From Nannocystaceae bacterium ST9 (GTDB taxonomy: Bacteria > Myxococcota_A > Polyangia > Nannocystales > Nannocystaceae): 64,000 nucleotides of DNA. The DNA is taken from positions 5,633,697-5,697,696 of the forward strand of contig JBLWFJ010000001.1 of NCBI GenBank assembly GCA_048320885.1. Direction: 5' to 3'. This document shows positions 17,244 to 26,728 of the stretch, one piece after another. A program made the position numbers and the translations under genes. The notes below the pieces were generated by a model. It was not told where the DNA came from. It saw only the letters and a list, made by a program, of their open reading frames with translations, and did not search any database. Position 1 is the stretch's first letter. The number at the start of each line of letters is the position of its first letter.

Positions 17244-18562
17244 CCTTCGACGGATCCGCGAGCTCGCTCGCCGACGACGTGCTGCCGCACGAGCAGTTCT
17301 CGAAGCCCTACCGGCTGCCCTTTCACCTCGGCCTCTACCTGGCGATCAACGCGATCCCCGGCTGCTTCGCGGTGATCGACGGGCCCGACTGTCTGTATCG
17401 CAAGGCCGAGTGGGTGCACGGCCGCCACGACCTGCGCTCGACCCTGCTCGACGCCGGCGGCCGCCACCGGATCGCCCCGACCTTCCTGCACTCCGGCGAG
17501 GTCATCAAGGCCAAGGGCGACGAGGTCGTCAAGCGCCTGCGACGGATCGGGCAGTTCGCCGACGCCGAGCTCGTGCTGGTCAACACCATGCCGCACGTGC
17601 AGATCATCGGCACGCAGTACGACCGGCTGATCGCCGAGGTCGAGGCCGAGGTCCGGGCGCCGATCTACGAGGTCCCGAGTCGAGCGCTCGAGGGCGACTG
17701 GCTCGACGGCTACGCCGAGGTCTTGAACACCTTGGCGCGGCGGATCCCGCTGACCGGCGACCTGCGGCCCGGCACGGTCGCGATCGTCGGATTGCTGATG
17801 GATCGCAACGAGGCCGACGGCCTGGCCAACGTCGCCGAGCTCGAGCGGCTGATCGCCGGGCTCGGGCTCGAGCCGATCTCGACCTGGCTGAGCGGGCGTC
17901 GCTTCGAGCACCTGTGCGCGGCCGGCTCGGCCGAGCTGATCGTCGCGCTGCCCCACGGCGTCGACGCGGCGCGCGTGCTGGCCAAGCGGACCGGCGCTCG
18001 CGTCGTCGAGGTCGCTCAGCCCTTCGGATTGCCCGCGAGCCTGCGAATGCTGCGAGCGGTCGGCTTGGTCGGCGGGCGCGAGCGCGAAGCCGAGCAGCTG
18101 ATCGACGCCGAGCTGCGCCGGACCCTGCCGATGTTCGAATGGCTGATCCCGACCACGCTGCTCGGTCGCAAGCTGGCCTTCTCGGGTGATCCGACGCTCT
18201 TCGACGGCGTGCTCTCGGGCGTGCGCGAGCTCGGCATGGACATCCTGCACCTCAGCTCGTCGGCGCGCCGTCCGGCCCACGGCGTCGGCCTCGACGGCGA
18301 CGAGCACGGCACGCTGCCGCCGGTCTTGTTCGCGCCGCCCAACGACACGCTGTTTCGTTCGCTGAGCCAGCACTCGCGCGAGATCGACCTGCTGATCGCC
18401 AATACCCTGGTCACCAGCCAAGAGATCGCGCTTCGCTTCGACTTCGGGTTCCCGAATTTCTTTCGCCACGCGCTGCACGAGAGCCCCTACCTGGGCGTGC
18501 GCGGCTGGGCGTGGTTCGTCCAAGAGCTGGCCACGCTGCTCGCTCGACGACTGCGGCGTTGA
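17240..18562 (+). CDS. Nitrogenase component-1-like protein (NifD/BchN-like subunit homologue), 440 aa
   Basis: ATG overlapping the upstream stop (ATGA). N-terminal …AINAIPGCFAVIDGPDCL… resembles the hGPxGC cluster-binding region of NifD/NifE/BchN. No ORF on the other strand of this region looks protein-like. Confidence 0.55.
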   Translation: MTFDGSASSLADDVLPHEQFSKPYRLPFHLGLYLAINAIPGCFAVIDGPDCLYRKAEWVHGRHDLRSTLLDAGGRHRIAPTFLHSGEVIKAKGDEVVKRLRRIGQFADAELVLVNTMPHVQIIGTQYDRLIAEVEAEVRAPIYEVPSRALEGDWLDGYAEVLNTLARRIPLTGDLRPGTVAIVGLLMDRNEADGLANVAELERLIAGLGLEPISTWLSGRRFEHLCAAGSAELIVALPHGVDAARVLAKRTGARVVEVAQPFGLPASLRMLRAVGLVGGREREAEQLIDAELRRTLPMFEWLIPTTLLGRKLAFSGDPTLFDGVLSGVRELGMDILHLSSSARRPAHGVGLDGDEHGTLPPVLFAPPNDTLFRSLSQHSREIDLLIANTLVTSQEIALRFDFGFPNFFRHALHESPYLGVRGWAWFVQELATLLARRLRR

Positions 18563-18651
18563 GCCCGACTCGAGCCGCGAGTTCGTGCGTGCGTTCGGGT
18601 CAGGAGGACTCCGATGCGCACGGCTCGTCCTCTCCGCGCTCGGCCGCGACG

Positions 18652-19839
18652 CTACTCGAGCCGCTGCACGCCGAGGTCGAGCACCCCGCCCTCGCGCATG
18701 GCCCCGCTGACCGACTCGGCCGGGGTCGTCGTCCACTGCTCGCCGATCTGCAGGGCCCACCCGTAGCGAGCGAGCGGCACGGCCTCGAACGCGAAGCTGC
18801 CGTCGGCCTGGGTCTTGGTCGCGAAGCGCAAGGGCGAGTTGTCGCAGGGCGTGGCGTGGAAGAGCGGCGCGGGCCGAGGGCAGATCTCGAGCTGGGCGTG
18901 GGCGACCGGCTTGCCGCGAAATTCGAGCTTGCCCGCGATGCCGCCGGTGCGGACCGGGCCGGGCTCGGGCAGCTCGCTCGGGCCACCGCCGACGACCGCG
19001 ATCGATCGCAGCGCACCGACCAGCTCGGGCACCGATCCGCTCGGGTAGGCCGCGACCACTCCGCTCGCGTCGAGCACGTGCACACCGCTCAGCGAGCCGA
19101 CCCACACGCGCGCCGAGCCGTCGATCGCCAGCGCGGTCGGGTACTCGCAGCCGTAGCTCGGCTCGCGACCACGCGTCCAACTGCGGCTCGGGTCGGCCGG
19201 ATCGATCAGCCCGAGCTCGCAGGTCGTCCCGGCGACCGCGACCACGCCCGCGTCGGTGAGCGCGAGCTCGCGGGCGTGGCCGAAGGGCAGGGCGAGCGCG
19301 AGCTCGGCGAGCGGGTCGGGGCCGGCGAAGCGCCACACGTGCTCGTCGGCGAGCACGAACAGCTCGCCTCGCGGCGCGCTCGCGAAGCCGACCACCTCGC
19401 GGCCGAGCTTCGGGCCGAGCTCCCAGCGATCGTCGTGCGCGCGACCGATCGCCGCGCTGCCGATCGCCCACAGGCCCGCGGACGTGAACGCGATCTGCTC
19501 GACCTCGCCGAGCCCGGCGTCGAAGCCGGTCTGAACCGTGAAGCCGTCGTCGCCGAGCGCGAGCAGCCCGGCCTCGCCGAGCGCGAGCAGTCGGCCGGCG
19601 GGGCTGGTCAGCAGCGCGCGAGCATCGACCGCGTGGGCGATCGTCTCGAACTCGCCGGCCTCGCCCAGTCGGACCACGCGATCGTCGATCGCCAAATACA
19701 CCCCGCGCGGGGACTCGCGCTCGGACGCGGGGTTCGAGACATCTTCACTCGCGCGCTCGGGCGGCGTCGTGACCTCGGGCGCGGGGCAGGCGGACAGCGA
19801 TCCGAGCACGAGCGAGGCGGCGAGGCGCGAGGGCGACAC
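18652..19839 (-). CDS. Lipoprotein with a C-terminal carboxypeptidase-regulatory-like beta-sandwich (hypothetical)
   Basis: Putative GTG start giving …SRLAASLVLGSLSAC (lipobox). C-terminal …GKLEFRGKPVAHAQLEI…ADGSFAFEAVPLARYGW… Start codon uncertain. Confidence 0.5.
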   Translation of the reverse strand: MSPSRLAASLVLGSLSACPAPEVTTPPERASEDVSNPASERESPRGVYLAIDDRVVRLGEAGEFETIAHAVDARALLTSPAGRLLALGEAGLLALGDDGFTVQTGFDAGLGEVEQIAFTSAGLWAIGSAAIGRAHDDRWELGPKLGREVVGFASAPRGELFVLADEHVWRFAGPDPLAELALALPFGHARELALTDAGVVAVAGTTCELGLIDPADPSRSWTRGREPSYGCEYPTALAIDGSARVWVGSLSGVHVLDASGVVAAYPSGSVPELVGALRSIAVVGGGPSELPEPGPVRTGGIAGKLEFRGKPVAHAQLEICPRPAPLFHATPCDNSPLRFATKTQADGSFAFEAVPLARYGWALQIGEQWTTTPAESVSGAMREGGVLDLGVQRLE

Positions 19840-19870
19840 GCCGCGATCATGAACCAGCGATCGCTCGCCG

Positions 19871-21499
19871 TCACTCGTCCTCGCCCGGCTCGCGAAAGGG
19901 CAGATCGAGCACGAAGCGAGCCCCGTGCCCGAGGCCCTCGCTCGCACCCGAGAGCCGGCCGCCCATCTCGGTCGCCGCGTTGGCGCTCACGTGCAGGCCG
20001 AAGCCCGAGCCCTGCTCGCCCTTGGTCGTGTAGCCATGCACGAAGATCCGCTCGAGGTCGCCCGGCGGGATCCCGACCCCGCGATCGCGGACTTCGAATC
20101 GGATCTCGCGATCGGCGAGCCGCTGGGCCGCGATCGTCAGCGTGTGCTCGTCGGTCGGCGCGGGATCGAGCGGGTCGCTCGGGTGGGCCTGGTCGATCGC
20201 GTCGGCGGCATTGCGGATCAAGTTGATCAGGATCTCGAGCGTGCGGTGCTTGTCGAGCATCAGCGCGGGCAGGTCGGCGACCTCGCGGACGATCCGGTAG
20301 CGTCGTTGGCGTTGGTTCGAGAGCGCGACGGCGAGCGCGAACTCGATCAACGCGCCCGGCTCGATCCGCTCGTAGTCGAGCCGGGTGATGCCATGCTGCT
20401 GATAGGCGCGGACGATCCGAACCAGGTGATCGACGCGCTCGCGCAGGCGGGCCAGCTCGCTGGAGTAGGCGCTCGACTGCCGCTCGAGCTCGGGCGCGAG
20501 CAGCAGCAGGTACTCGGCCAGCCGGCGGCCGGTCGGATCGTCGGCGAGGTAGCGGGCCAGGTGGTCGCGCTGGGGCTCGAGCATTCGACCGATCCGTGCG
20601 ACCCGATCGAGGCGCTGCTCGATCCGCTGCTCTTCGATCATGTCGAGCGAGACGCCGACGCTGTTGAGCGCGTTGCCGACGTTGTGCAGCACCCCGGTGG
20701 TGATCTGGGCGACGCCGGCCTCGCGGGCGAGGTCGCGAGCCCGCCGGGCGGCCTGCTCACGAGCCAGGCGCGAGCGAGCGAGCTGCTCGACCATGTGGTT
20801 GAAGCCACGCCCGAGTCGAGCCAGCTCGCTCTCGCCACGCAGATCGACGCGCGCGTCGAGATCGCCGGACGCGATCCGCTTGGCCGCGTCGAGCAGGGCC
20901 GCGAGATCGCGGCGCATCCGGCGAAGCAAGCCGAGCCCCGGGACCACCACGAAGGCCACGCCGAACAGCGCGAGCGAGAGCAGGCGTCGGCCGAGCCGAT
21001 CGGTCAACTCGCTCTCGCGCGCGCGGGCCTGCGCGAGCTCGTCGCGTTCGTCGGCGGCGATCGAGTCGGTCAGTCGCTGGAATCGCGCGAGGGTCTCGGA
21101 GTCGGACGCGCCCGAACGATCGACGCTCGCTACGAAGCTCGCCAGCCGGGCGACCTCTTCGAGCTCCTCGTCGTGCTCGTGCGGGTCGTCGTCGGTCTCC
21201 GCCTGGGTGTTGGTCGTGAGCTCGTCGAGCCGGGCTTGGACCTCGGCCCGTCGGCGCGCCGCCTGCGGGCTGCCGGGATCGAGCTCGAGCGCGTCCACCC
21301 ACGCCCGCATGGCCAGGTCGAGCTCGCTGGCGAGGGCCTGCTGGCGGTGGGTCTGATCCATCCAGTCGTGCAGGCGTCGCAGCGTGACCGCGCTCTGCCA
21401 GCCGCCGACGCCGAGCAGGATCATCACCGAGAGGTTGACCGCGGCGAGGGCCACCGCGAGCGTCCGCGAGTCGGCCCAGCGCGGCATGAATCGGCTCAT
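19871..21499 (-). CDS. Sensor histidine kinase (TM, HAMP, HisKA, HATPase_c)
   Basis: Internal ATG giving MSRFMPRW…TLAVALAAVNLSVMILLGVGGW (TM). HAMP region. H-box …TGVLHNVGNALNS…. N/G boxes …LINLIRNAADAI…RDRGVGIPP…GSGFGLHVS…. Confidence 0.85.
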   Translation of the reverse strand: MSRFMPRWADSRTLAVALAAVNLSVMILLGVGGWQSAVTLRRLHDWMDQTHRQQALASELDLAMRAWVDALELDPGSPQAARRRAEVQARLDELTTNTQAETDDDPHEHDEELEEVARLASFVASVDRSGASDSETLARFQRLTDSIAADERDELAQARARESELTDRLGRRLLSLALFGVAFVVVPGLGLLRRMRRDLAALLDAAKRIASGDLDARVDLRGESELARLGRGFNHMVEQLARSRLAREQAARRARDLAREAGVAQITTGVLHNVGNALNSVGVSLDMIEEQRIEQRLDRVARIGRMLEPQRDHLARYLADDPTGRRLAEYLLLLAPELERQSSAYSSELARLRERVDHLVRIVRAYQQHGITRLDYERIEPGALIEFALAVALSNQRQRRYRIVREVADLPALMLDKHRTLEILINLIRNAADAIDQAHPSDPLDPAPTDEHTLTIAAQRLADREIRFEVRDRGVGIPPGDLERIFVHGYTTKGEQGSGFGLHVSANAATEMGGRLSGASEGLGHGARFVLDLPFREPGEDE

Positions 21500-21978
21500 G
21501 CGTCTCGTCCCCGCGCGAGCGCGAGGGCCAGCGCGCGCAGTTGCTGCGCGCGAAACGGCTTCTGGAGCGTCTCGATCCTTCGGCCGGGAGCCAGTCGCTC
21601 GGTCAGGAGCTGCAGCTTGGCGTCGGCGTAGGCCGTGCAGAACACGATCGGCAACTCGTCGTCGAGCGCGAGCATGGCCTCGGCCGTCCGTACACCATCC
21701 CACCCTGGTGGCATCCGCATGTCGACCAGGGCCAGCGCATAGCGGCGGCCTTGCTCGCGCTCGCTTCGAACCTGCTGGGCGCCGTCGCGACCCTGGAAGG
21801 CCGAGTGGACCTCGAAGCGCTCGCTGGCCTCGTCGAGCTCTGTATCGAGCTCGAAGAGCTGGCGCTCGAGCGCCTGCAGATCGTCGTCGAGCTCGTGCGG
21901 GCTGGTCAGCGCGCGCCGAATGTCCTCGTGAATCGCTCGATCGTCGTCGACGACCAAGATCCGCAATTCGGGGTTCAC
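21496..21978 (-). CDS. Single-domain response regulator (CheY-like receiver)
   Basis: ILVVDDD…LALVDMRMPPGWDG…VFCTAYAD…LQKPF. Its stop overlaps the kinase ATG (ATGA). Confidence 0.85.
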   Translation of the reverse strand: MNPELRILVVDDDRAIHEDIRRALTSPHELDDDLQALERQLFELDTELDEASERFEVHSAFQGRDGAQQVRSEREQGRRYALALVDMRMPPGWDGVRTAEAMLALDDELPIVFCTAYADAKLQLLTERLAPGRRIETLQKPFRAQQLRALALALARGRDA

Positions 21979-22370
21979 GAGCCTGCCCTCGTCGCGTGCC
22001 GATGGCGACTGGATGGCGGATTCTTCAGCCCTGGTCGGAAGACCACGAATGCGAGCGAAACCAGCTGCAATTGCAATGCTGCAATCGACGTCGGAATCCC
22101 CTCCGGCTTGCCGGCCGGGAGCCTGCCAACCGCCCGCTGGGGGCCCGAACAGGCAGAATTCAGGTTTTCGTGAATTCGTACCGTGTCATGCGAATTGATC
22201 GCTTCCGCGCCGACGAAGGTGCAGGAAGTCCACATGCGATCATTGTGCATTGTTTGGCGCCTGCCGACTACTGTCACGAAGATCGAATCGCCGGTGCGAC
22301 TCGAGATGGCGAATCAGCCATTCGTGCGGCCTCGACCCCTCGCCGCGGACGTGGTGCTACGCTGACCACG
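21979..22370. promoter_or_regulatory. 392-bp lower-GC divergent intergenic region between two paralogous receiver genes, containing palindromes
   Basis: GCAATTGCAATGCTGCAAT (palindromic GCAATTGC plus a third GCAAT). GAATTCAGGTTTTCGTGAATTCG (GAATTC…GAATTC). This is the only long AT-richer non-coding stretch in this part of the window. Confidence 0.35.
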
Positions 22371-22952
22371 ATGCGAGCGACTCCCACGAGTCTCGCACCG
22401 GCGTCTCCCCCCGGACCCCGGCCCAGCGTGCGTTCGACATGGGGGGCGTCCACCAACCCGCAGCTCGAACCACCGACCACGGTGCTGATCGTCGACGACG
22501 ACCCGGCGATCCACGACGATTTCCTGCGGGCGCTCGCCGAGCGCAGCGGGCCGCGGACGACCGAGATCGAGGCGCTGCTGTTCGGCGCGGGTGCGCCGGC
22601 GAGCAAGGCGGTCGGTCACCTGCTCGAGCACGCCTACCAAGGTCGCGAGGCGCTCGACGTGATCGAGGCCGGGCTCCGACGTGGACGGCAGACCATGGTC
22701 GCGTTCGTCGACATGCGGATGCCGCCCGGCTGGGACGGCATCGAGACCATCGAGCGGCTCTGGCAGGTCGATCCGGCGATCCAGTGCGTGGTCTGTACCG
22801 CCTACTCCGACTTCGTGTGGGAGGAGGCGCAGGCGCGGCTTCACCACAATCGTCGCCTGCATCTGCTGCGCAAGCCGTTTCGGACCAGCGAGGTCGTTCG
22901 GCTCGCTGGCGTGCTGGCGGGCAAGTGGCAGCGCGAGCAAGCGCAGGGCTGA
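22371..22952 (+). CDS. Single-domain response regulator, paralogue of the 21496-21978 gene
   Basis: VLIVDDDP…VAFVDMRMPPGWDG…VVCTAYSD…LRKPF. ~40 aa Pro/Ser-rich N-terminal extension. Confidence 0.8.
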   Translation: MRATPTSLAPASPPGPRPSVRSTWGASTNPQLEPPTTVLIVDDDPAIHDDFLRALAERSGPRTTEIEALLFGAGAPASKAVGHLLEHAYQGREALDVIEAGLRRGRQTMVAFVDMRMPPGWDGIETIERLWQVDPAIQCVVCTAYSDFVWEEAQARLHHNRRLHLLRKPFRTSEVVRLAGVLAGKWQREQAQG

Positions 22953-22974
22953 GCGGCTCGGTTACCATCGCGAC

Positions 22975-23610
22975 GTGCCCACGGACTGGGAACGAGACGC
23001 GGAGCTGCTCGAGGGCTGGCGTGCGGGCGACGATCGAGCCGGCGAGCAGCTCTTCGATCGTCACGCCGACGCGGTCGCCCGCTTCTTCGAGAACAAGGTC
23101 CACGAGAGCGCCGACGATCTGACCCAGACGACCTTTCTGCGGATGGTCGAGGGCCGCGAGCGCGTGCGGGCCGGCCTCGCGTTTCGAGCCTATCTGTTCG
23201 GCATCGCCCACAACGTGCTGCGCGAGCACCTGCGCCAACTCGCCCACGGGCGCGAGCTCGATCCCGACGTCGACTCGATGGCCGACCTCGCGCCGGGCCC
23301 GATCACCGAGGCAGGGACCCGCGAGGAGCATCGCGTGTTGCTCGAGGCGCTGCGTCGGCTGCCGCTCAAGCATCAGCTCCTGCTCGAGCTGTTCTATTGG
23401 GAGAAGCTCAAGACCCACGAGATCGCCGAGATCCTCGCGATCCCGGCCTCGACGGCGCGGACTCGCCTGGCTTCGGCGCGCGCGAAGCTCGGCGAGACGC
23501 TGGCCGCGGTCGCGGCGTCGCCCGAGCTCTTGGCCAGCACCCTGCACGGCCTCGACACTTGGGCCACCGACCTGCGCGAGCGGCTCGGTGGGGGCGCGCG
23601 CGAGGAGTGA
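22975..23610 (+). CDS. ECF (sigma-70 family) RNA polymerase sigma factor
   Basis: GTG start. Region 2 (…DLTQTTFLRMVEG…FRAYLFGIAHNVLREH…) and region 4 (…LLLELFYWEKLKTHEIAEILAIPASTARTRLASARAKL…). Confidence 0.8.
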   Translation: MPTDWERDAELLEGWRAGDDRAGEQLFDRHADAVARFFENKVHESADDLTQTTFLRMVEGRERVRAGLAFRAYLFGIAHNVLREHLRQLAHGRELDPDVDSMADLAPGPITEAGTREEHRVLLEALRRLPLKHQLLLELFYWEKLKTHEIAEILAIPASTARTRLASARAKLGETLAAVAASPELLASTLHGLDTWATDLRERLGGGAREE

Positions 23611-23677
23611 AAAAACCGGAAGAAAATTCCGGACAATTTTCGCCCGCGCGCACTTGGACTTCGGAGGCAGCGAACCA

Positions 23678-26650
23678 GTGGCGATCCCCAGCACGCGCGA
23701 GTGGTTTGCAGACCAGAGGTTGGACGTGGCCACGCAACTCGGCGAGCGCGAGCAGGGGGAGGACGCCACCGACGAGCGTCATGAGGGCGAGGCGAGCGTG
23801 GAGGCCGATCCGCGCTTCGACGTCGCGTCGAGCGAGCGCAGCTTCGAACATCGACGGATCGTCAGCACCGCCCGCCAGCGGCTGTTCGGGCGCGGCCAGC
23901 CGGTTCGAATCGGGCGCTACGAAGTCGAGCGTCGGCTCGGCGCCGGGGGCATGGGCGAGGTCTACCTCGCCCGCGATCCCGAGCTGAACCGCAAGGTCGC
24001 GGTCAAGCGGGTGCTGGCCCGCTTCGGCCCTCGCCATCAAGACCGCCTGCGCGGCGAGGCCCGAGGTCTCGCCCGCCTCTCGCACCCGAACGTCGTGCAG
24101 GTCTACGAGTTCGGCGAGCACGAGGGCCGAACCTTCGTGGCCATGGAGTACGTCGACGGTCAGACGCTGGGCAAGTGGTTGACCCACGGCGCGCCCTCGT
24201 GGCAGGCCGTGCTCGCCAAGTTCATCGCCGCGGGCCGGGGCCTGGCGGCCGTGCACGAGGCGGGCTTGGTTCACCGCGACTTCAAGCCGGACAACGTGCT
24301 GCTCGGCGCCGACGGCCGCGTGCTGGTGGCCGACTTCGGCCTGGTGCTCGCGGGCGACGATCGTCGCGCGGGCGAGGGCAACGCCCGAGCGCTCGGGTCC
24401 GACCTGTCCACGAGCGTCACTGGGGCGATCCTCGGCACGATTCGATACATGTCGCTCGAGCAGCTGCGCGGCGGCGAGATCGATGCGCGCAGCGATCAGT
24501 TCTCGTACTGCGTCGCGCTCTACGAGGCGCTGTGGGCCAAGCCGCCCTTCTCGCTGGCGAGCTCGCTCGCACGCCTCGACGCGCTCGAACTCGGCGAGCC
24601 GGAGGTCCCGAGCGCGCGCGAGGGTCTGCGTGCGCCGGCCCGCCTGTGGCGAGTGATTCGACGCGGGCTGAGTCGGGAGCCCGAGGCGCGCTGGCCCGAC
24701 ATGCACGCGCTGCTCGAGGCGCTCGAAGGCGAGACCCGCAGGCGCCGTCGCACGATCGGGTTCGGCTCGGCCGGCGTCGTCGTGGCGCTGGCGATCGCGG
24801 CCTGGATCGCGCAGGTCGAACCCGCGCTCGATCCCTGCGCCGCGGTCGAGCGCGAGCTCGACGGGGTGTGGGACGCGGAGCGCCGAGCCGAACTCGAGCG
24901 TGGCCTCGCCGAGCTCGAGGTCGACCACGCCGCCGACAGCCGCGAGCGGGTGGTCGCCGGTCTCGATCGTTGGTCGAGCGGCTGGCAGCACGAGCGCGAG
25001 CGAGTCTGTCGAGCCGAGCACGAGCAGCGGCTCGAGCCCGAGCTCGCCCGCCGGCAGAGCCTCTGCCTGACTCGCCAGCGCCAGCGCGTCGAAGACCTCG
25101 TCGATCTGCTGCTCGAGCCGAGCGCCGACGGTGACGCGCTCGCGGGCGCGGTCGAGGCCGTCGCCGATCTGCCGAGCGCCTCGGCCTGCGCGGACGAGCT
25201 CGCGCTGCTCGGGGTCGATCCGCCGGGGCCGGCGATCGCCGACGAGGTCGAGCTGCTGCGCCGCGAGCTCGGGCGGGCTCGCGAGCTGCGCCTGCTCGGG
25301 CGCCTCGACGAGGCGCTGACACTGGCCGAGCAGTCCGAACGAGCGGCGCGCGAGCTCGGCTACGGGCCGCTGCGTGCCGAGGCGTCGGCCGAGCTGGCCA
25401 AGGCCGAGCTCGCGGCGAGCCTGTTCCCACGCGGTGCCGAGCGCATGCAGGCGGCGATCGACGACGCCGAGCTCCATCGTCACGACGCCCTGGCGGCCGG
25501 TCTGTGGCTCGAGCTCGCGCTGCACACCTTCACGCATCTCGACGACCCGAGGCTCGGCGCGTGGCAGCTTCGCCGGGCCGAGGTCGCCAACGCCCGGATC
25601 GGAGTCTCGCCGCGCGTGGCCGCTCGGCTCGCGTTCGCGGGGGCCCAGCTCGCCGAGCTGCGAGCCGACGCCGGCGCGGCCGAGCAGGGCTATCGCGCGG
25701 CGATCGACGAGGCCGAGCTCGACGACGCGGCCCGGCTGGACCTGCCCAGCTACTACGCCAACCTCGCGCGCGTCGTCGCCGAGCACGACGTCGAGCAGGC
25801 GCTCGAGCTGCGCCGCGAGGCCGTCGCGATCGCGCAGACGCAGTACGGGCCGGCGCATCCCGAGACCGCGGTGCACCTCTACGAGCTCGCGCTCGCGCTC
25901 GACGAGGGCGAGGCGTCAGCCGGCGAGGAGGTCGTCGGCTTGCTCGAGCGCGTCGTCGCGATCTGGGCGGAGGTCGGCGATCGTCCGCATCGAACCATGG
26001 GGCGGGCCGAGCTGCTCTTGGCCAGGAGCGCGCTCCGACGCCAGGATCTCGACCAGGCCGAGTCGCACGCCCGTGCGGCGATGGCCATTCAGGCCGCGAT
26101 CTTGCCCGAGGATCACCCCGAGCGCGGCGAGACGGCCCACGTGCTGGCCGTGGTCGCCAGCATTCGTGGCGACCACGAAGCCGCGCTCGAGCACTACCTC
26201 GCCGCGCTGGCGGGCTTGGAGTCCGAGCATGGCTTCGACGACCCACGCGTGCAGCGAGTCCGCAGCGACATCGCGGCCACTCAGCTCGCGCTCGGCCGGA
26301 TCGACGACGCCGCCGAGGGGATCGCGATGTTGCTCCCGCATGTCCGCGATCGGCCCGAGCACGTGTCCGTGCGGCTGCAATCGTGCGAGATCGCGGTGCG
26401 CCGCGGCCAGCTCGAGCTCGCGGCGTCCGAGCTCGACGCGCTCGACCCGGCGACGCTCGGCGCTCACGAGTTCAGCTACGCGTTGCTGCGCGCGCTGATC
26501 GAAGTGCGCGAGGGCGAGCTCGCGCCCGCGACCCTCGAAGGGCTCCACCGCGCGCTCGCGGCCGCGCCCTTCACGATCGCGCAAGTCGAAGGTTGGTTCG
26601 ATCAGCTCGAGCTGACGGCGACCGAGCGCGAGGCCTTGCAGATCGAATAG
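23678..26650 (+). CDS. Ser/Thr protein kinase with a long TPR-like C-terminal domain
   Basis: GTG with GGAGG 10 nt upstream. GAGGMGEVYLARD, VAVK, HRDFKPDNVLL, DFGLV, GTIRYMSLEQ. A TM segment, then ~600 aa of helical TPR-like repeats. Confidence 0.8.
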   Translation: MAIPSTREWFADQRLDVATQLGEREQGEDATDERHEGEASVEADPRFDVASSERSFEHRRIVSTARQRLFGRGQPVRIGRYEVERRLGAGGMGEVYLARDPELNRKVAVKRVLARFGPRHQDRLRGEARGLARLSHPNVVQVYEFGEHEGRTFVAMEYVDGQTLGKWLTHGAPSWQAVLAKFIAAGRGLAAVHEAGLVHRDFKPDNVLLGADGRVLVADFGLVLAGDDRRAGEGNARALGSDLSTSVTGAILGTIRYMSLEQLRGGEIDARSDQFSYCVALYEALWAKPPFSLASSLARLDALELGEPEVPSAREGLRAPARLWRVIRRGLSREPEARWPDMHALLEALEGETRRRRRTIGFGSAGVVVALAIAAWIAQVEPALDPCAAVERELDGVWDAERRAELERGLAELEVDHAADSRERVVAGLDRWSSGWQHERERVCRAEHEQRLEPELARRQSLCLTRQRQRVEDLVDLLLEPSADGDALAGAVEAVADLPSASACADELALLGVDPPGPAIADEVELLRRELGRARELRLLGRLDEALTLAEQSERAARELGYGPLRAEASAELAKAELAASLFPRGAERMQAAIDDAELHRHDALAAGLWLELALHTFTHLDDPRLGAWQLRRAEVANARIGVSPRVAARLAFAGAQLAELRADAGAAEQGYRAAIDEAELDDAARLDLPSYYANLARVVAEHDVEQALELRREAVAIAQTQYGPAHPETAVHLYELALALDEGEASAGEEVVGLLERVVAIWAEVGDRPHRTMGRAELLLARSALRRQDLDQAESHARAAMAIQAAILPEDHPERGETAHVLAVVASIRGDHEAALEHYLAALAGLESEHGFDDPRVQRVRSDIAATQLALGRIDDAAEGIAMLLPHVRDRPEHVSVRLQSCEIAVRRGQLELAASELDALDPATLGAHEFSYALLRALIEVREGELAPATLEGLHRALAAAPFTIAQVEGWFDQLELTATEREALQIE

Positions 26651-26728
26651 TGCCACGCGAGTCGAACTCGCAAATCTCGTGTGATTGAACGACCGCCGAG
26701 CTTCGCCTCGGCATCGAGAGGATGTGCA

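Noticed and set aside
17186-19471. 761-aa minus-strand ORF antisense to the third nitrogenase-like gene
   Set aside because: It runs through a plus-strand gene that has a coherent protein sequence and coupled start. Its own translation is R/G/A/D low complexity with no motifs.
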